From NCBI GenBank assembly GCA_028534125.1, contig CM052818.1, positions 19,780,001-19,844,000 on the forward strand: a DNA stretch of 64,000 bases, in the 5' to 3' direction. The notes under the pieces were generated by a model, which saw only the letters and a list, made by a program, of their open reading frames with translations, was not told where the DNA came from and ran no database searches. The DNA is from Lama glama (Eukaryota). Within the stretch, counting starts at the first letter, position 1; each line of letters begins with the position of its first letter. Made by a program: the position numbers and the translations under genes. Below, piece by piece: positions 36,960 to 50,579 of the stretch.

Positions 36960-38130
36960 TTTTGATTACTCCAAAATCTAGATTTCCAGCTTCAATCTTG
37001 CTTTCAAATTCTAGGCCCATATTTTTACTTACCTACTGGACATATCTACCTGAATGTTACAAACAGGCACCTCAAATCAAACAGGACTGAAAGGTAAAGC
37101 AAGCCCTTTCTTTATCGTAGCTACAAGAAAACCCCCCTTCCCACCTCCAATCCCCTCTAAAACCAGTTTTTTGTTCTTCACTTTGATTGATGTAATCATC
37201 ATCTACCAAGTCACATGAGCTAGAAAAAAATTTTTAACAATCCTTATACCTCCCTCTCTTCGACCTCCCCCAAAAGTGATTCTCCTCACACAAACATTTT
37301 GTAATCAGTCCTTTCCATTTCCACTATCCTCATTCAGGCACATATCTCACTTGCACAATCACAAAAAGCTCCTAGCTTGTTTCTTCATGATCCAATTCAT
37401 CCACCCATCTGCCAATCTCATTTTCTTTTGAAAATCCAGATCTGGCAGTTTCAAAACCTCTGCATTCAGAGACTGCCCAACTGCATACAAAGTGGCACTG
37501 AAAATCTTTCACAGTATGGCCCCAACCGTCTCTCTGGACTCCTCTGCTCCTCACCATGTAAAGCATGCTATACACTTTCATCTTTCTGTGCTTTTCATCA
37601 GATCTCTGTCTGAAAATGTGACTCCTCCTCCACCAGGAAACTCCTCTCACCTTTCACAGCCCCATTTATATGACTTTCCTCAGTAAAGCCTTTTCAGACC
37701 TCTCCAGATAAAAATAGTCTCTCAGTTACACTTGACCTCCCATAGCATGCTGCACATAGATTTATCACATTGAACAGACAGAGTGGTGAAACAGAACAGG
37801 AGAGCTGAGTCAGAAGATCTGGGTCTAACTTTAAAATCTCATTCATCACTTGCTGTGCCATCCAAGGCAAGTCACATAACCTCTCCGAGCCTCATTTATT
37901 TAATCTATAAAATTGTGATGAGAACAGTTACAATAATACTCTATGTCATAGGACCCTTCTGGTGATTAAATGAATTAATTATAAATGTGAATGTGATTTG
38001 CACTCTGCAGATATTTGAGATTATAACTACAAAGCTATATCTTCTGATAGATTTTGAGCTGCTTGAGTACAAAACCAACACTGGGTCTTTATATCCCTTC
38101 TACCTAACATAGTGCCTGGACCTGCCTGTT
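36960..38130 (+). mobile_element. L2 fragment with an internal MIR (~37780-38000)
   Basis: cctactggacatatctacctgaatgtt...caggcacctcaaatcaaac (L2); gagtcagaagatctgggt...ggcaagtcacataacctctccgagcctca (MIR); L2 3' end resumes at ~38030. Confidence 0.75.
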
Positions 38131-38349
38131 GCCTAGACTGGTTTATGACATAAAGTTCCCATGTCTTGTAGAATCATATTTTCTCTATTTACTCTCTTAA
38201 CCTACTTTCTACAGTGTTTTTCCAAAAGCCAATCATGACATCCTCATGTCTTTTTATAATTGTTTATTGCCTTTATAATTAAATAGTTTCATCCAAAGGG
38301 TTCTGAGGAAATGAATGTATAGTCTATCCATGATTGATTTTCAGTGCCT

Positions 38350-39230
38350 TTATTTTATTCAACAGAAACTTCCTAAAGCCATTAAATGCCCAGTCTTGTT
38401 CTAGGTACTGGTCACACAGAGGTGAACAAGAGACTTCATAGAACTTACATGATAGTGGGGACAATAAGCACAAACCAACAAATGAAGATGGCATTCTATA
38501 TAGTTAAAGGTGCTACAAAGAGAACAACGTGGCGGGCAGGGCTGATTTAACTGGAGTGGTCAGAGGGAGCCACCCTGAGAAAGTGGCCCTTCCGCATCAA
38601 TAAGGAGACAACCCTACAAAACAAAGGGGAAATCGTCTTCCAGGCAGAGGGAAGAGCACAGACAGAGGCCCTGTGACAGCAGGAGGCAGAGTAGACGTGA
38701 GGAACTGAAAGAAGGCCTAGATGGTCTGGAGGGAGTGAGGGGCAGTGGTAGGAGGTGAAATCAAAGAAGCAGACGCGGGCCAGATCACTCATGGAGCTTG
38801 GAAGTTCCAGGTAAAGAGTTTAAATTGTATTCTAATTGTAAGAGAAACCACTAGAGGATTTTAAGCAGGAGTATGATACGATTTGGTTTGTTTTTAAAAA
38901 GATTGCCCTAAGTACATGTGGAGAATGCATTCTAGGGATGGTGGGAGAGAGGATCAGAAGGCAGACTAGTGGTTTTGGTCCAGACTAGAGATTTCGGTGG
39001 TCTGGATTAGCAGGGTAGCACTGAAGACGGTGAAGAGTGGTGGGTTTGGGGGTATGTTTGGCAGATAGAACTGATGGATTTAATGACAGTGAGTGAGAGA
39101 AAGACATCAAAGATGACTCTTAGGATTATGATCTAAGCAATGAAGTGGGTAAAGGTTCAGTTTACTGAGTTTACAGTGCCTTCCTTGGAGGTGCTGTGCT
39201 AGGCTCTGAGAATACAAAGCTCAGTGACCA
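38350..39230 (-). mobile_element. L2a-like fragment
   Basis: ttattcaacagaaa...ttgttctaggtactgg...tggtcagaggg...ccaggcagaggga...ggattttaagcagg...catcaaagatgactc. Confidence 0.85.
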
Positions 39231-39269
39231 CAGGACTCCTGAATGACTTCTCTCAAGCTTTTCTCTTTC

Positions 39270-39800
39270 TAGTATTTTCTTAATTATTTACATTTGACCA
39301 GCTGATACACTCACATGTTTTGAAAATCAAAACACAATAAAAAGGGGTATCGTGAAAAGTCTCCCTCCCACTCTGGGTCTTCCACCCCGTTCTCCACACC
39401 CACCCACCCTTATAGGTAGAAATAACTATTTATATTGGTCTTTCTATGTGTCTTGTAATGTTTCTTCATGCAAATACAAGCATTCTTCTATTTCTTGATC
39501 TTTTCCCCTCTTCTTACACAACAGGTGGCATATTATATCTCCTGATTTGCATCTTGCTTTCCCTTCTGACAATATATCTCGGAGGTTTTTTTATATCAGT
39601 ACTAATAGAGCTTCCTCATTCTTTTAAACAGCTGCATAGCACTACCCTGCAGGGTATGCCACAGTTTATTTAACCATTCCCCTATAAATGAACACTTGGA
39701 CAGTTTCCAGTCTTTGCTACTTATTACAAACAATGCTGTAATGGATAACATGACGCATATGTCTGCAGGTATATCCTTAGGATAAAGCCCCGGAAGTCTC
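39270..39800 (-). mobile_element. Ancient L1MC/L1ME 3' fragment
   Basis: tttatttaaccattcccctat...aacactt...tttccagtctttgcta...acaaacaatgctgtaatg. Confidence 0.75.
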
Positions 39801-40199
39801 CCAAGCACTTTAATAAAATCTTCCAAAGGAATATTCTAAGATGGTGTGACTGGGTTTCCAAATAGAACCTCAGCTTTCCAAGAATTGACTCTCACATTCC
39901 ATTAATAATAGTTCCTCATTTTGGGCCTGTAAATTATATCTTTGTATTTTTTCCAGTAAGGAAATTTTAAAATATTTAATCTGCCTCTCCTGCAACCAAT
40001 AATAGTTGATATAATGTTTTAAAACAGAAGAAAAAAGAGAGTAAAATTCAGTTTGATTATGCCCCAGTTAACAAATTGCAAGCTCTAGACTTGGACTCTA
40101 TGCTTAGAACATAGCCAGAATTCCTTCTAAATGAGAAAGAATACTTGATAAAATTATTTGTGCATCTGGCCCCTGAGTATTTGTAGAGAACATCAGTTC

Positions 40200-40670
40200 T
40201 TCTGACCACACTCTCCTCTTGTTCTGGGTACTCTGGTCCTCCCTTCCTCTCAGGGATTGGAGAGAAAAGTGATCTCTCTACCCCTCTGCCTCAGGGGTGA
40301 AACATGTGACCTTGGTCTAGGTCACCTAGAATATCCTATTCCCCTGGCCACAGTGATCTGTTCTATACCTACTAGAAAAGTTGGCTCTAGATTTGAACCA
40401 AGGTAAGTGGTTCCTTGAGCAGCTTGCATCTACATTGGCTACACAAGCAGAGAGCTTGCCCAAGATTGGAGCAGAGATGCTGAATTGAGAAATGGACAGA
40501 GAGATACCAAGTCCTAGCTCATACTGTTTGAGCCCTGGATCAAGCTTCACCTGAACCAGATACTCCAAATTTTTCAGTTACATGAGCCAATAAATTTACC
40601 TTTTTGATTAAGCTAATTTGGGTTGTGTTTTTCACCTCTGGGGAGCAAAGAATTTTTAGCTGATGCAATA
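40200..40670 (+). mobile_element. MaLR LTR (MLT1J/K-like)
   Basis: acatgtgacct...cccctggccacagtgat...tgtttgagccctggatcaagc...cctgaaccaga...tttcagttacatgagccaataaatt. Confidence 0.8.
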
Positions 40671-42439
40671 TCTTCAAATAAAATTAGGGAAATTAAACTC
40701 ATGTTGTCCCCATGGTTTGTCTCATTACATGATTTCGCCAGTTAATTCCCAGATTCCTTTCTTCTTGCACTTGGAGTGACTCTCCCCTTGCAGTGTACCT
40801 GTCTAAACACCAAGCCAGAGTTCTCTTCCCCTTCCTCCAAAGACTCCTCTAGTTCTATGCTTAAGCCCAGCCCACTGGTGAAGTTAAAGAAGGAAGGGAA
40901 CAGATGGCAACCTGATTCATATTCTTCTTACAGGGAATTAAGCCAATTTACTTTGGGGGTCAGTTCCAGTTCAGTTTCAGCAGTGAATGAGAGTTGTTTG
41001 AATCCATTTCTGGTTCAAGCCTGAACTCATCTGCAGTAATCCAAAGTCCTTCACAGGGGAAAAATATTTGGGGGAGTTAAAGTTTGGTTCTAGTTTGAGA
41101 GAACTCTGTAACATGGAATCAAGTTGCACCTGTCTTATTATTAGGCCTTTTATGCCAAAAGAGGTAGCATATGAGCAGCATAGGGGGGTGATTAATGATA
41201 TACTTAATACTAAAATAATCAGCCTAGACTGCACCCCTAATAAGCAGTGTCATAAAATCTACTCTTTGGATTTGTTTTTTAATATTTCTAATCCACATGA
41301 GAGCACACTTTGAAACATCATATCATAGAGTGTCCGCCGAATTACTAAAAGATATAATCAAAACATATTTTGAAAATTTTGCCTCTTACAGAGAAAGAAG
41401 TGCCTTATATGTGAAACATTTATGGCCTCTGTTTAAAAATTATTTCTAATTGATAGTCTGTCAATATCTTAAGGCACTAAGACTTAGCAATTTTAGGACA
41501 TGATTATTCTCTAAAATAAAAAATAAAAATCTACGTTTGGAATATCAACTGGACCTTTTAAAAATATGTATATCATATTATGTATATCATATTATATAAA
41601 TAATTTCAAGACACAGAATGCTTAGCTTGTTCCAGGATATTTTTTGTTAGTGAGTGGTTACACAAAGAAGAGATAGAATGGCAGATGCCATCTATATATT
41701 TTTACAAAAACATCTCTTGCTTGTGCAGGTGTGAGCAGGCAGTCAGATTTGATAAAATGCAAAGAGATGTCTTACAGATGGCCCACGTGAGCAGGGACAA
41801 GGTCTTCCCAGACTGATGTGGCTGTAAAAGCAGTTGTCATTTAGTCTGAGCATGTTTGTCACACCTGTTCTACAAGGAAACTCCCACTTTTAAATATGAA
41901 TTTTTAGAATCAGAGCCCAAGGCTAGCTGAGTTTAGCTCCATTGTCTACCAGTTCAAGAGACTATGACCACCAAAATGGATTGCATCTCTTTTTGTGACT
42001 CTTCTGAGACCTTTACATTTCCCCTATCTCTGTGTTATTTGAAGTTAAAGGTTAAAATCCTCTTTCTTGATCCTCAAATAATCACAATTAATCTCATAGC
42101 ATTACATTCATTGGCGATGTGCTTTGAGGGGAATAAATTACTGCAAAAATAAACTGTGAAAGGACTTGGCTATACAGAATCACAATGCTTCAAATGATGT
42201 AATTTTCTATAATATTTTGCCTGCCATTTTTAGTTGGGTATTTGTATAATAGGAGATTTCGAAGAAAAAAACTAAAGAGAGGCTAATTTGCTTGGTAGCG
42301 CTTCTGTTCTTTTGTTCTTTTAGAATCTAAAATTAACCAACATCTGCAGTGTCAACAGGGACTCCATATGGCATTCAAGTTCGTACTTTTCCTAAATAAT
42401 GCATTGGAGGCAATGTAATCCGAGAGGAATTCTGAGATG

Positions 42440-42690
42440 ATAATGAGTAGAATGCCTCATATTGTATAGCACTTTATAGTTTCAGAGTGGTTTAACAACT
42501 AGGACCTGATTTGATTCCCACAACAATATTCAGTGGCAACAAGATCAGGTATTTCTTATTCCTACCGAACAGATGAGATGACAGATCTAAAGTATGGAAG
42601 AGAGATGACAGTGGTCACCAACCTGGTAAGTAGCAGAGTGAGAATGAAGCCCAGGCCAAATGGTTCCTAATCTAATGCCCTTTGTAACAT
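42440..42690 (-). mobile_element. MIR SINE
   Basis: tgtatagcactttatagtttca...atttgattccacaacaa-like...cagatgag...gtaagtagcagag...gaagcccagg. Confidence 0.65.
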
Positions 42691-43878
42691 GTTACTAGGA
42701 TCAAGTTATTGACAATTCAAGTTAAAATAGAATGTTTTCAAAATAATAGATCCCACAAACAACTCTGCAGGGAAATGGAAAGGGCTTAATACCAGAAACT
42801 AAATAATTAACATGCATGTTTGGCTTTCCAGAGTTCAATGGATTTCATTTGTTCAATTAAGTTCACAGATGATTTCCATGAAGTTTATCTAGTTGCTATT
42901 GTGATTTCCCATTATACCTACAAAAAAAGTTATCACTGAAATGCCCTTTCTCCTGTGAAATCACACCTCATGAATCTTTATTTGTCATATCTAGAAAATT
43001 CAAAAACTTTCCAGTAAGAGATGTTGCAACTGAGAGTGTTTTCCTTGCAGTAATAAATTATAATTTACATCTACCTGAATTTGGAAACATTTTGTTTCAA
43101 GTCAAACTTCTGTAAATTTCTGCATCTCAGCAATCATATGGGATTTCTGGGGCAAGAAAGAAAGTTTAGAGTCAAGGAATATGTTAGCTTATGACTGATA
43201 CCTAGGCATAAATTTAGAAGAACCCTGTTTTTGAAAGCATAAGCAACATTATTGCCAATCCACACTTTATAGAAAAGTCCAGCCATGTAATATTACCATT
43301 TCTACTTTAAAATGCAGATAAATTCAGTTACTTCCATTTCTTGAAAGTTTGAGGCTTCAAAATTATGAATGCTGGCATTCTTGAAGAGGAACACTGTGAG
43401 TTTGTACTATCAAAAAGGTACTGGCGTTTGCAAACATCGACAGGCAGATATATTCCCCAAAAGTGGAAACACAGAACTATTCTTGTGAAAGGAGCAGCCA
43501 GCAAGCATTTTAATTGTAATTTGGCTCAGTCTATGCTGGTTTTGACTTCACAGAAGTGCATCTTTAGGAAGCACCTTCTACCAAGTGGAAAGCTGGCAAG
43601 AAGTGACACTTGAGATTGCTGACACCAAAGCAACCAGAGCTTATTTAAAACTGAAAAAAAAAAATCTCCATTAGTTGTTTGGATATATCTCAAGGAACCC
43701 CAAACAGAAAAGCAATATTTAAATTTGATATTATCCAAAATATTTTTGCAACTCTGATAGCCTTCCTAGTCTGTGTCCAGAATTGGTAGAAATACGCTAA
43801 GCGTTTTTGAAAAGTTCATCTAACCCAAGTAGAGGAATACTATCTTTCCACATGACCATTCTAGGACACAGGAGTGAT

Positions 43879-43880
43879 TA

Positions 43881-43917
<37 letters not shown>
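43879..43917 (+). repeat. (A)n(GA)n microsatellite
   Basis: A run followed by about 14 GA units. Confidence 0.9.
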
Positions 43918-43920
<3 letters not shown>

Positions 43921-46013
43921 TAAAAGAGAAAAAGGGAATGGCATAAAATGTACTATGCTAGAAACAAGTTATTGGGAGACAGTAGAGGGTGTTGGAGAAT
44001 TTGAGTAGAAAAGCTTTGAGAGAGGGAAGGTTTAAGTCATTTGAGTAGGCAATAACTCCATTTGGCTAGACATGGGAGTCTGTAAGGAGGGAGCCAAGGG
44101 TGAGAGAAGGGAGTGACTACGGTGGTGCCATTCAGAGGTAATCTGACTACAGAGATGGTGAATGTGCAGACAGGACAAGGGAAGGTGTGAGGGAGGGAAA
44201 TGCTCAAGGCATCAGGAGAACCCAGAGTGCAGCTGTTTTCTCTTTGCTTATTCAGCCAAATCTAGTTCTTCTCTCCCCCTTCCCACCATCTCTACACCTC
44301 TGCACCCCATTGCAAGAAAAATCTGTGTTCACAAGCCCAAGTTTGTTTAATTTAGCCCTTATTCACCCACTGAATTATTTGTGGACCCTGGGACTGGTAA
44401 TCATTATTTAGCAAGGACTTCAGTATTCATCAATCAGAATTGGAATGATACAACTTTGTTCCTGGTCAACCCATTCACAACCACAGACCTCTTTGAGCTA
44501 CAGCGCAGTAATGTGTTCTCTTGGCAATTCTGCTGCTGATTAATGGGCTGAAAAGAAAAGTGTTGGAAGGGCCCATGCAATCCCCACAATAGTCCAGTGC
44601 TTTTCTGCCTGACTGGCTTAAAGCAGCTGATCGTGTCAAACCATGTTAGCCAATACCTGTATTGTTTGCCTGGATTATAAAGCACAAGTACATCCTGTTC
44701 TCTCGCAATTCATTATTAGAAGAAAGAATATGAAGAAGAATTAGACCATTCCTAGAAGATACAAGATAGCCAGACAATCCTGTGCACTCCTATACTGCCC
44801 ATTAGAACATGTCATTTGCACACTGATACAGTAACGATTACTCTCAAATTTAGCTGCAGTATCACTCCCTTTTCCTCTCCCTGCCTAGATGCAGTGGCTC
44901 TGAGAGGCAGAGGGAGAAGGACATGGTCTTGTCAGCTGATGCTAAGAAGGACCGAAGACTTAACTATATACATACAGCTCATTAACCTGCCTCTCCCACC
45001 CAGTCCATCTACATCATTGCCACAGGAGGAATCCGTTCCCCAAGGTCGTCCTAAGAATGATTGTGAAGGGTAACTGGACCCAGGGAACTTGGCCTTCTTT
45101 TCTCCACAGACATCCTTAGGATGGCTTTTGGGGGCCTGTGCACCCTCAGGAACCTGATCTCTCCTATGAAACATGGAGAGCCTGGAAGAAGGGAACACAT
45201 TGTGATTGGTTCCTGAATCCCTCACCCTGCCGGAATCGCCCCAGGATGGAGTTATTCTTGCTGTCACGAAGAATTCAGCCCTAAGTGAATCAACGTGTTT
45301 AAAAGAAATTTCCAAATGCGTCTAAACCTCTAGGTGCAGAAACTAAAGTGCCAATGAATAAGGGCAATTTAGAATAGGACAGAGTTTGGAAATTAGAAAA
45401 GTGAAGAGGCACTGTGATATAGTAAAAAAAAAAAAAAAGCCAGCTCTGACAGTAACTAGTTGTATACCTTTAGTCATTATGTCCGCACCTCAGTTTCCTC
45501 AATTCTAAAATGAAAGGAATTTGGTGAGAAAAACTTTTTGAGAAATACTGATTTCTCTTCTCTCTCTGTATTTTCCCCTTGGGTTGAGTTCACCAAGGGT
45601 TTTCTTTTGCCAGCTATCCTTGTCAGACTTTTCTCTCACCAGCCCTTTCTGGCCACCAGGTTTTATCATTTGGGATACGTTACTGAGAAAGACTGGTGGC
45701 ATCTTGCAAAAACATCATATGCTCTTTCCCAAATCCCTAAATATTTTCTTTCATGTTGGGAAGGAGTATCTTTCATCTCCAAGTACACACATCTGATGTC
45801 TGTGTTGCCTTAAGGACCAACTTAGAGTAATCCCACATAGCTAGGGTATGGGGTCTTTGCTTAGCTTCTCTGGGGTCATGTGCTAATAAAACAAACAAAA
45901 CAAGATAACACTTAGAAAATCTTTTATGCAATTGTTGTTGTTGTTGTTGCCACTGTGGTTTGATTGGTGTAATTATTTTAGGACTGTGACACTTAAAAAG
46001 GGGTAAAATACTT

Positions 46014-46162
46014 AGTGCAAGAGGAAAGTTTATAGCAATACAGACCTTCCTCAAAAAAAGAAGAACAATCTCAAATAAACAATCTAACCCACCAGCTAAA
46101 AGCAATAGGAAAAGAAGAGCAAAAAAACCCAAAAGGCAGCAGAAGGAAGGAAATAATAAAGA
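46014..46162 (+). mobile_element. Isolated ~150-bp internal L1 ORF2 fragment, an inverted copy of 47246-47395
   Basis: Reverse complement of 47246-47395 with 2 substitutions and a 1-nt indel. The same peptide string appears in ORFs 45773-46255(-) and 47276-47506(+). Confidence 0.92.
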
Positions 46163-46299
46163 AAAAGCACTTATTTGATAGGATCTCATGTGTGTTTTCA
46201 TGATAGAAGACATATACTGCCATGTTCTTCTAAGGCCATTTTCCTCATATAGCATACTTCCCTCTAAATATTTTGGAAGGAAAAGTGATGTAATTTTTG

Positions 46300-46301
<2 letters not shown>

Positions 46302-46338
<37 letters not shown>

Positions 46339-46372
46339 TACTACTACTACTACTACTATTATTATTATTATT
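46302..46372 (+). repeat. Compound (TTA)n(CTA)n(TTA)n microsatellite
   Basis: Directly visible; it causes the poly-Leu in ORF 46188-46376. Confidence 0.95.
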
Positions 46373-46392
46373 GTAATTTAGAGGGCCTATAA

Positions 46393-48181
46393 CCTTTCTT
46401 TTAAACTTTTTTTTATTGAGTTATAGTCATTTTACAATGTTGTGTCAAATTCCAATGTAAAGCACAATTTTTCAGTTATACATGAACATACATATATTGT
46501 CTCATTTTTTCTTGTATATATTTCCCTGTGCTATACAGTATAATCTTGTTTATCTATTCTTTATATGCCTGTCAGTATCTACAAATTTTGAAATCCCAGT
46601 CTGTCCCTTCCCACCCCTCGCCCCCTTGGCAACCACAAGTTTGTATTCTATGTCTATCAGTCTGTTTCTGTTTTGTATTTATGTTCTATTTTTTTTNNNN
46701 NNNNNNNNNNNNNNNNNNNNNNNNNNNNNNNNNNNNNNNNNNNNNNNNNNNNNNNNNNNNNNNNNNNNNNNNNNNNNNNNNNNNNNNNNNNNNNNNNNNN
46801 NNNNNNNNNNNNNNNNNNNNNNNNNNNNNNNNNNNNNNNNNNNNNNNNNNNNNNNNNNNNNNNNNNNNNNNNNNNNNNNNNNNNNNNNNNNNNNNNNNNN
46901 NNNNNNNNNNNNNNNNNNNNNNNNNNNNNNNNNNNNNNNNNNNNNNNNNNNNNNNNNNNNNNNNNNNNNNNNNNNNNNNNNNNNNNNNNNNNNNNNNNNN
47001 NNNNNNNNNNNNNNNNNNNNNNNNNNNNNNNNNNNNNNNNNNNNNNNNNNNNNNNNNNNNNNNNNNNNNNNNNNNNNNNNNNNNNNNNNNNNNNNNNNNN
47101 NNNNNNNNNNNNNNNNNNNNNNNNNNNNNNNNNNNNNNNNNNNNNNNNNNNNNNNNNNNNNNNNNNNNNNNNNNNNNNNNNNNNNNNNNNNNNNNNTTTT
47201 TTCTATTATTTTTTAAAATCTCTATTTTATATATTTCCTCCCTGATCTTTATTATTTCCTTCCTTCTGCTGCCTTTTGGGGTTTTTTGCTCTTCTTTTCC
47301 TATTGCTTTTAGCTGGTGGGTTAGATTGTTTATTTGAGATTGTTCTTCTTTTTTTGAGGAAGGCCTGTATTGCTATAAACTTTCCTCTTAGCACTGCCTT
47401 TGCTGCGTCCCATAAATTTTGTGTAGTTGTGCTTTCATTTTCATTTGTCTTAAGATATTTTTTAATTTCAGCTTTGATTTCCTCATTGACCCATTGGTTT
47501 TTTTAATAGCATATTGTTTAATCTCCATGCTTTCCTTTTTTTCTCCATTGTTCATTTCTAGTTTCATGGCATTGTTGTCAGTAAAGATGCTTGAGATAAT
47601 TTCTATCTTCTTAAAATTGTTGAGGCTTCTTTTGTGCCCAAGTACATGATCAATCCTAGAAAATGTTCCATATGCCCTTGAAAAGAATGTATATCCTATT
47701 TTTGGGGGGGTGTAATGCTCTGAAAACATCCACCAAATCTAATTTTTCTATTGTATTATTTAATTTCTCTGTAACCTTATTTATTTTCTGTCTGGAAGAT
47801 TTGTCTAGTGATGTTAATGCAGTGTTAAAATCTCTGACAATGATTGTATTCCCATCAATACCCCCTTTATCTCTGTTAGTAATTGTTTTATGTACTTAGG
47901 TGCTCCTATATTGGGTGCATATATATTAATGATTGTAATATCCTCATCTTGTATTACTCCTTTAATCATTATAAAATGTCCTTCTTTATCTTTCTCTATG
48001 GCCTTTGTTTTAAAGTCTATTTTGTCTGAAATCAGTACTGCTACACCTGCTTTTTTGGCTTTTCCATTTGCATGGAATATCCTTTTCCATCTTTTCACTC
48101 TCAATCTATATGTGTCCTTCTCCCTAAAGTGGGTCTCTTGTATGCAGCATATTGAAGATTCTTGCTTTATTATCCAGTCTG
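46393..48181 (-). mobile_element. Relatively young 5'-truncated L1 spanning the assembly gap
   Basis: TSD TAGAGGGCCTATAA at 46379-46392 and 48182-48195. The 3' UTR and T-rich tail are on the left. The ORF2 endonuclease remnant is on the right (ICCIQETHF...KKAGVAVLISDKIDFK...INIYAPN; YTFFSRAYGTFSRIDHVLGHK), broken by frameshifts. Confidence 0.93.
46697..47196. other. Assembly gap (500 N)
   Basis: Run of exactly 500 N. Confidence 1.
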
Positions 48182-48934
48182 TAGAGGGCCTATAATCCTG
48201 ATTCAATCAAAATAATCCTCGGGTCCCTTCACATTTCACACTGAATAGGCTTTCTCAGAACTTGGTAAACAAAGTAAAATGGTATTCGGAAATCTTCCCT
48301 TTCCTCTTATCCTTCTAAATTCTCCCATATCGCTGAGGAATTGCCATTCTGAGAGGAAAGGAGGGAGGGAAAGAGAGGAGCCTCCCTCTAATTTTAAGCC
48401 TCCTAAATCTGAGTTACTTACATTGTTCAAAGAACAAAGTATTCTGGAAAATCTTCAAAAAATAATGTAAATATTCTTTTCCTGATAGAAACTACTAAAA
48501 GTGGTTATTGGGCTACCTCTTAAAGTAGAATTTATTCCTTCTTTCCTAATTAAGGGAGAAATAAAGGGAAGTAATGTACAAGCTTTCAGAGCAATGACTA
48601 TAATATAAAAAATGTAGTTCCAGCCAAAAAAAGAACAGAAAAAAATGTTAAAATGTGGAAACAATATGAGGTCTTATTCAAGTAAATCTTATGCTCCATC
48701 CAAGAGCCAAAAGAATTAAGAAAATCTCTAAAGAAAGGTGGAAGAATGCAGACAATGGAGAAAGACAGTTAAGTACAGAAAACAATGAATAAGTGTATAA
48801 AGTAATAAACCAGAGTCTGGGATGATTCTTGACTAAATAACTTTCAAATTGCAGTTTTCAAATAAAAGAGGAGATTGAAAAAACTCATTTCCAGAAAAGA
48901 AAACAATATGAATTTGTAAAGAAAGCCCATTTTG

Positions 48935-50025
48935 GACCTAATTAAACTTATAAGTTTTGCACAGCAAAGGAAACCATAAACAAAATGAAAAGACAACCTA
49001 AAAACTGGGAGAAAATATTTGCAAACAATGAGACTTACAAGAGCTTAACTTCTGGAATATACAAACAGCTCATACAACTCAATACCAAAAAAAAACAAAC
49101 AACTCAATGAAAAAAATGGGCAGAAGACCTAAACAGACAGACCTTCATTTCTCCAGTGAAGACATGCAAATGGCCAATAGGCACATGAAAAGATGCTCAA
49201 TATCGCCAATTATCAGAGAAATGCAAATCAAAACTACAATGAGGTAGTACCTCACACCAGCCAGAATGGCCATCATTAAAAAGTCCACAAATATTAAATG
49301 TGGAGAAAAGGGAACCCTCTTATGCTGTTGGTGGGAATGTAATTTGGTGCAGCCACTATGGAAAACAGTATGGAGATTCCTTAAAAAATTAAAAATAAAG
49401 TTACCATATGATCCAGCAATCCCACTCCTGGGCATATATCCAGAGAAAACTCTAATTTGAAAAGATATATGCACCCCAATGTTCATAGCAGCACTATTTA
49501 TAATAGCCAAGACATGGAAGCAACCTAAATATCCATTGACAGATGACTGGATGAAGAAGATGTATACATGCACACAGTGGAATACTACTCAGCTATAAAC
49601 AGAATAAAATAATACTATTTGCAGCAACATGGATGGACCTAGAGATTATCATACTAAGTGAAGTAAGTCAGACAGAGAAAGACAAATATCATATGATATA
49701 CTTAAATGTGGAATCTTAAAAAATGACACAAATGAACTTATTTACCAAACAGAAAAAGACTCACAGACACAGAAAACAAATTTATGGTTACCAAAGGGGA
49801 AAGTGGAGGTGAGGAGGGATAAATTAGGAGTTTGGGATTAGCAGATACAAACTACTATATACAAAATAGATAAACAATTAGGTCCTATTGCATAGTAGAG
49901 GGAATTACATTTAATATCTTGTAGTAACCTAAAATGAAAAAGAATATATATGTATAACTGAATCACTATGCTGTACACCAGAAACTAATACAACATTGTA
50001 TATCAACTATACCTCAATTTTTAAA
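48935..50025 (+). mobile_element. 5'-truncated L1 (~1.1 kb)
   Basis: ORF2 C-terminus ([39 protein letters not shown]). Degenerate TSD AAAG(A/C)AAGCC(C/T)ATTTTG at 48918-48934 and 50026-50042. Confidence 0.93.
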
Positions 50026-50189
50026 AAAGCAAGCCTATTTTGAATTAAGCCTTCAGAGATAAGGTCACCTCACTGAAAAGGAGCTGAAATAAAACAAAGT
50101 GGCACTGATGAGGACATTTTCTATAAAACAAGCCATCCACCCAAAGTGCCAGATTTATTCTTGCTTTACATGGTCTACTTCCAAAAGGA

Positions 50190-50325
50190 ATGGGATTTAG
50201 TTAATTGTTTTAATTCTATATCACTGTGTAAAATATATCCCCAAACTTAGAACTTACAACAGCAACACTTATTATCTTATAGTTTCCTTCTGTCAGGAAT
50301 CCAGGTACAGCTTAGCTGGTTTCTC
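50190..50325 (-). mobile_element. MaLR (MLT1) LTR fragment
   Basis: ctgtgtaa...ccccaaacttag...acaacagcaacacttattatct...gtcaggaatccagg..cagcttagctgg. Confidence 0.65.
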
Positions 50326-50433
50326 ATCCCCACACCCCCGCCCAAAGGATCCAAGCACCTCCAGGACCTCTGAACGCAGCTTCTCCGTGGGTGACAAGTG
50401 CCATGGGCATCCTGCCAGAGTGGCCACAAAGTA

Positions 50434-50573
50434 TGTTACCAACCTAGGTCCTTGGACTCTTTAATCAATAGAAATTGATAAAGAAGCCAGACGAGAAATT
50501 CAGGCAAAGCTTTATTGGGACTGTGCCGCAGCACAAGGGAGCAAGGACAAGAAACAGGTGCCCTTGCTGGCTC
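50434..50573 (-). mobile_element. ERV LTR 3' end fragment (ERV1-like)
   Basis: Minus strand has AATAAAGC...tcaatttctattgattaaagagtccaaggacc...GGTAACA, i.e. a poly(A) signal and a CA terminus typical of an LTR U5 end. Confidence 0.55.
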
Positions 50574-50579
50574 CATTTT

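Noticed and set aside
46188..47337. Poly-Leu and X-containing long ORFs
   Set aside because: Artefacts of the trinucleotide microsatellite and the N gap.
47388..48206. Endonuclease-like ORFs as a host gene or active retroelement
   Set aside because: L1 ORF2 remnant, 5'-truncated and frameshifted. The first residues of ORF 47814-48206 come from the flank and TSD.
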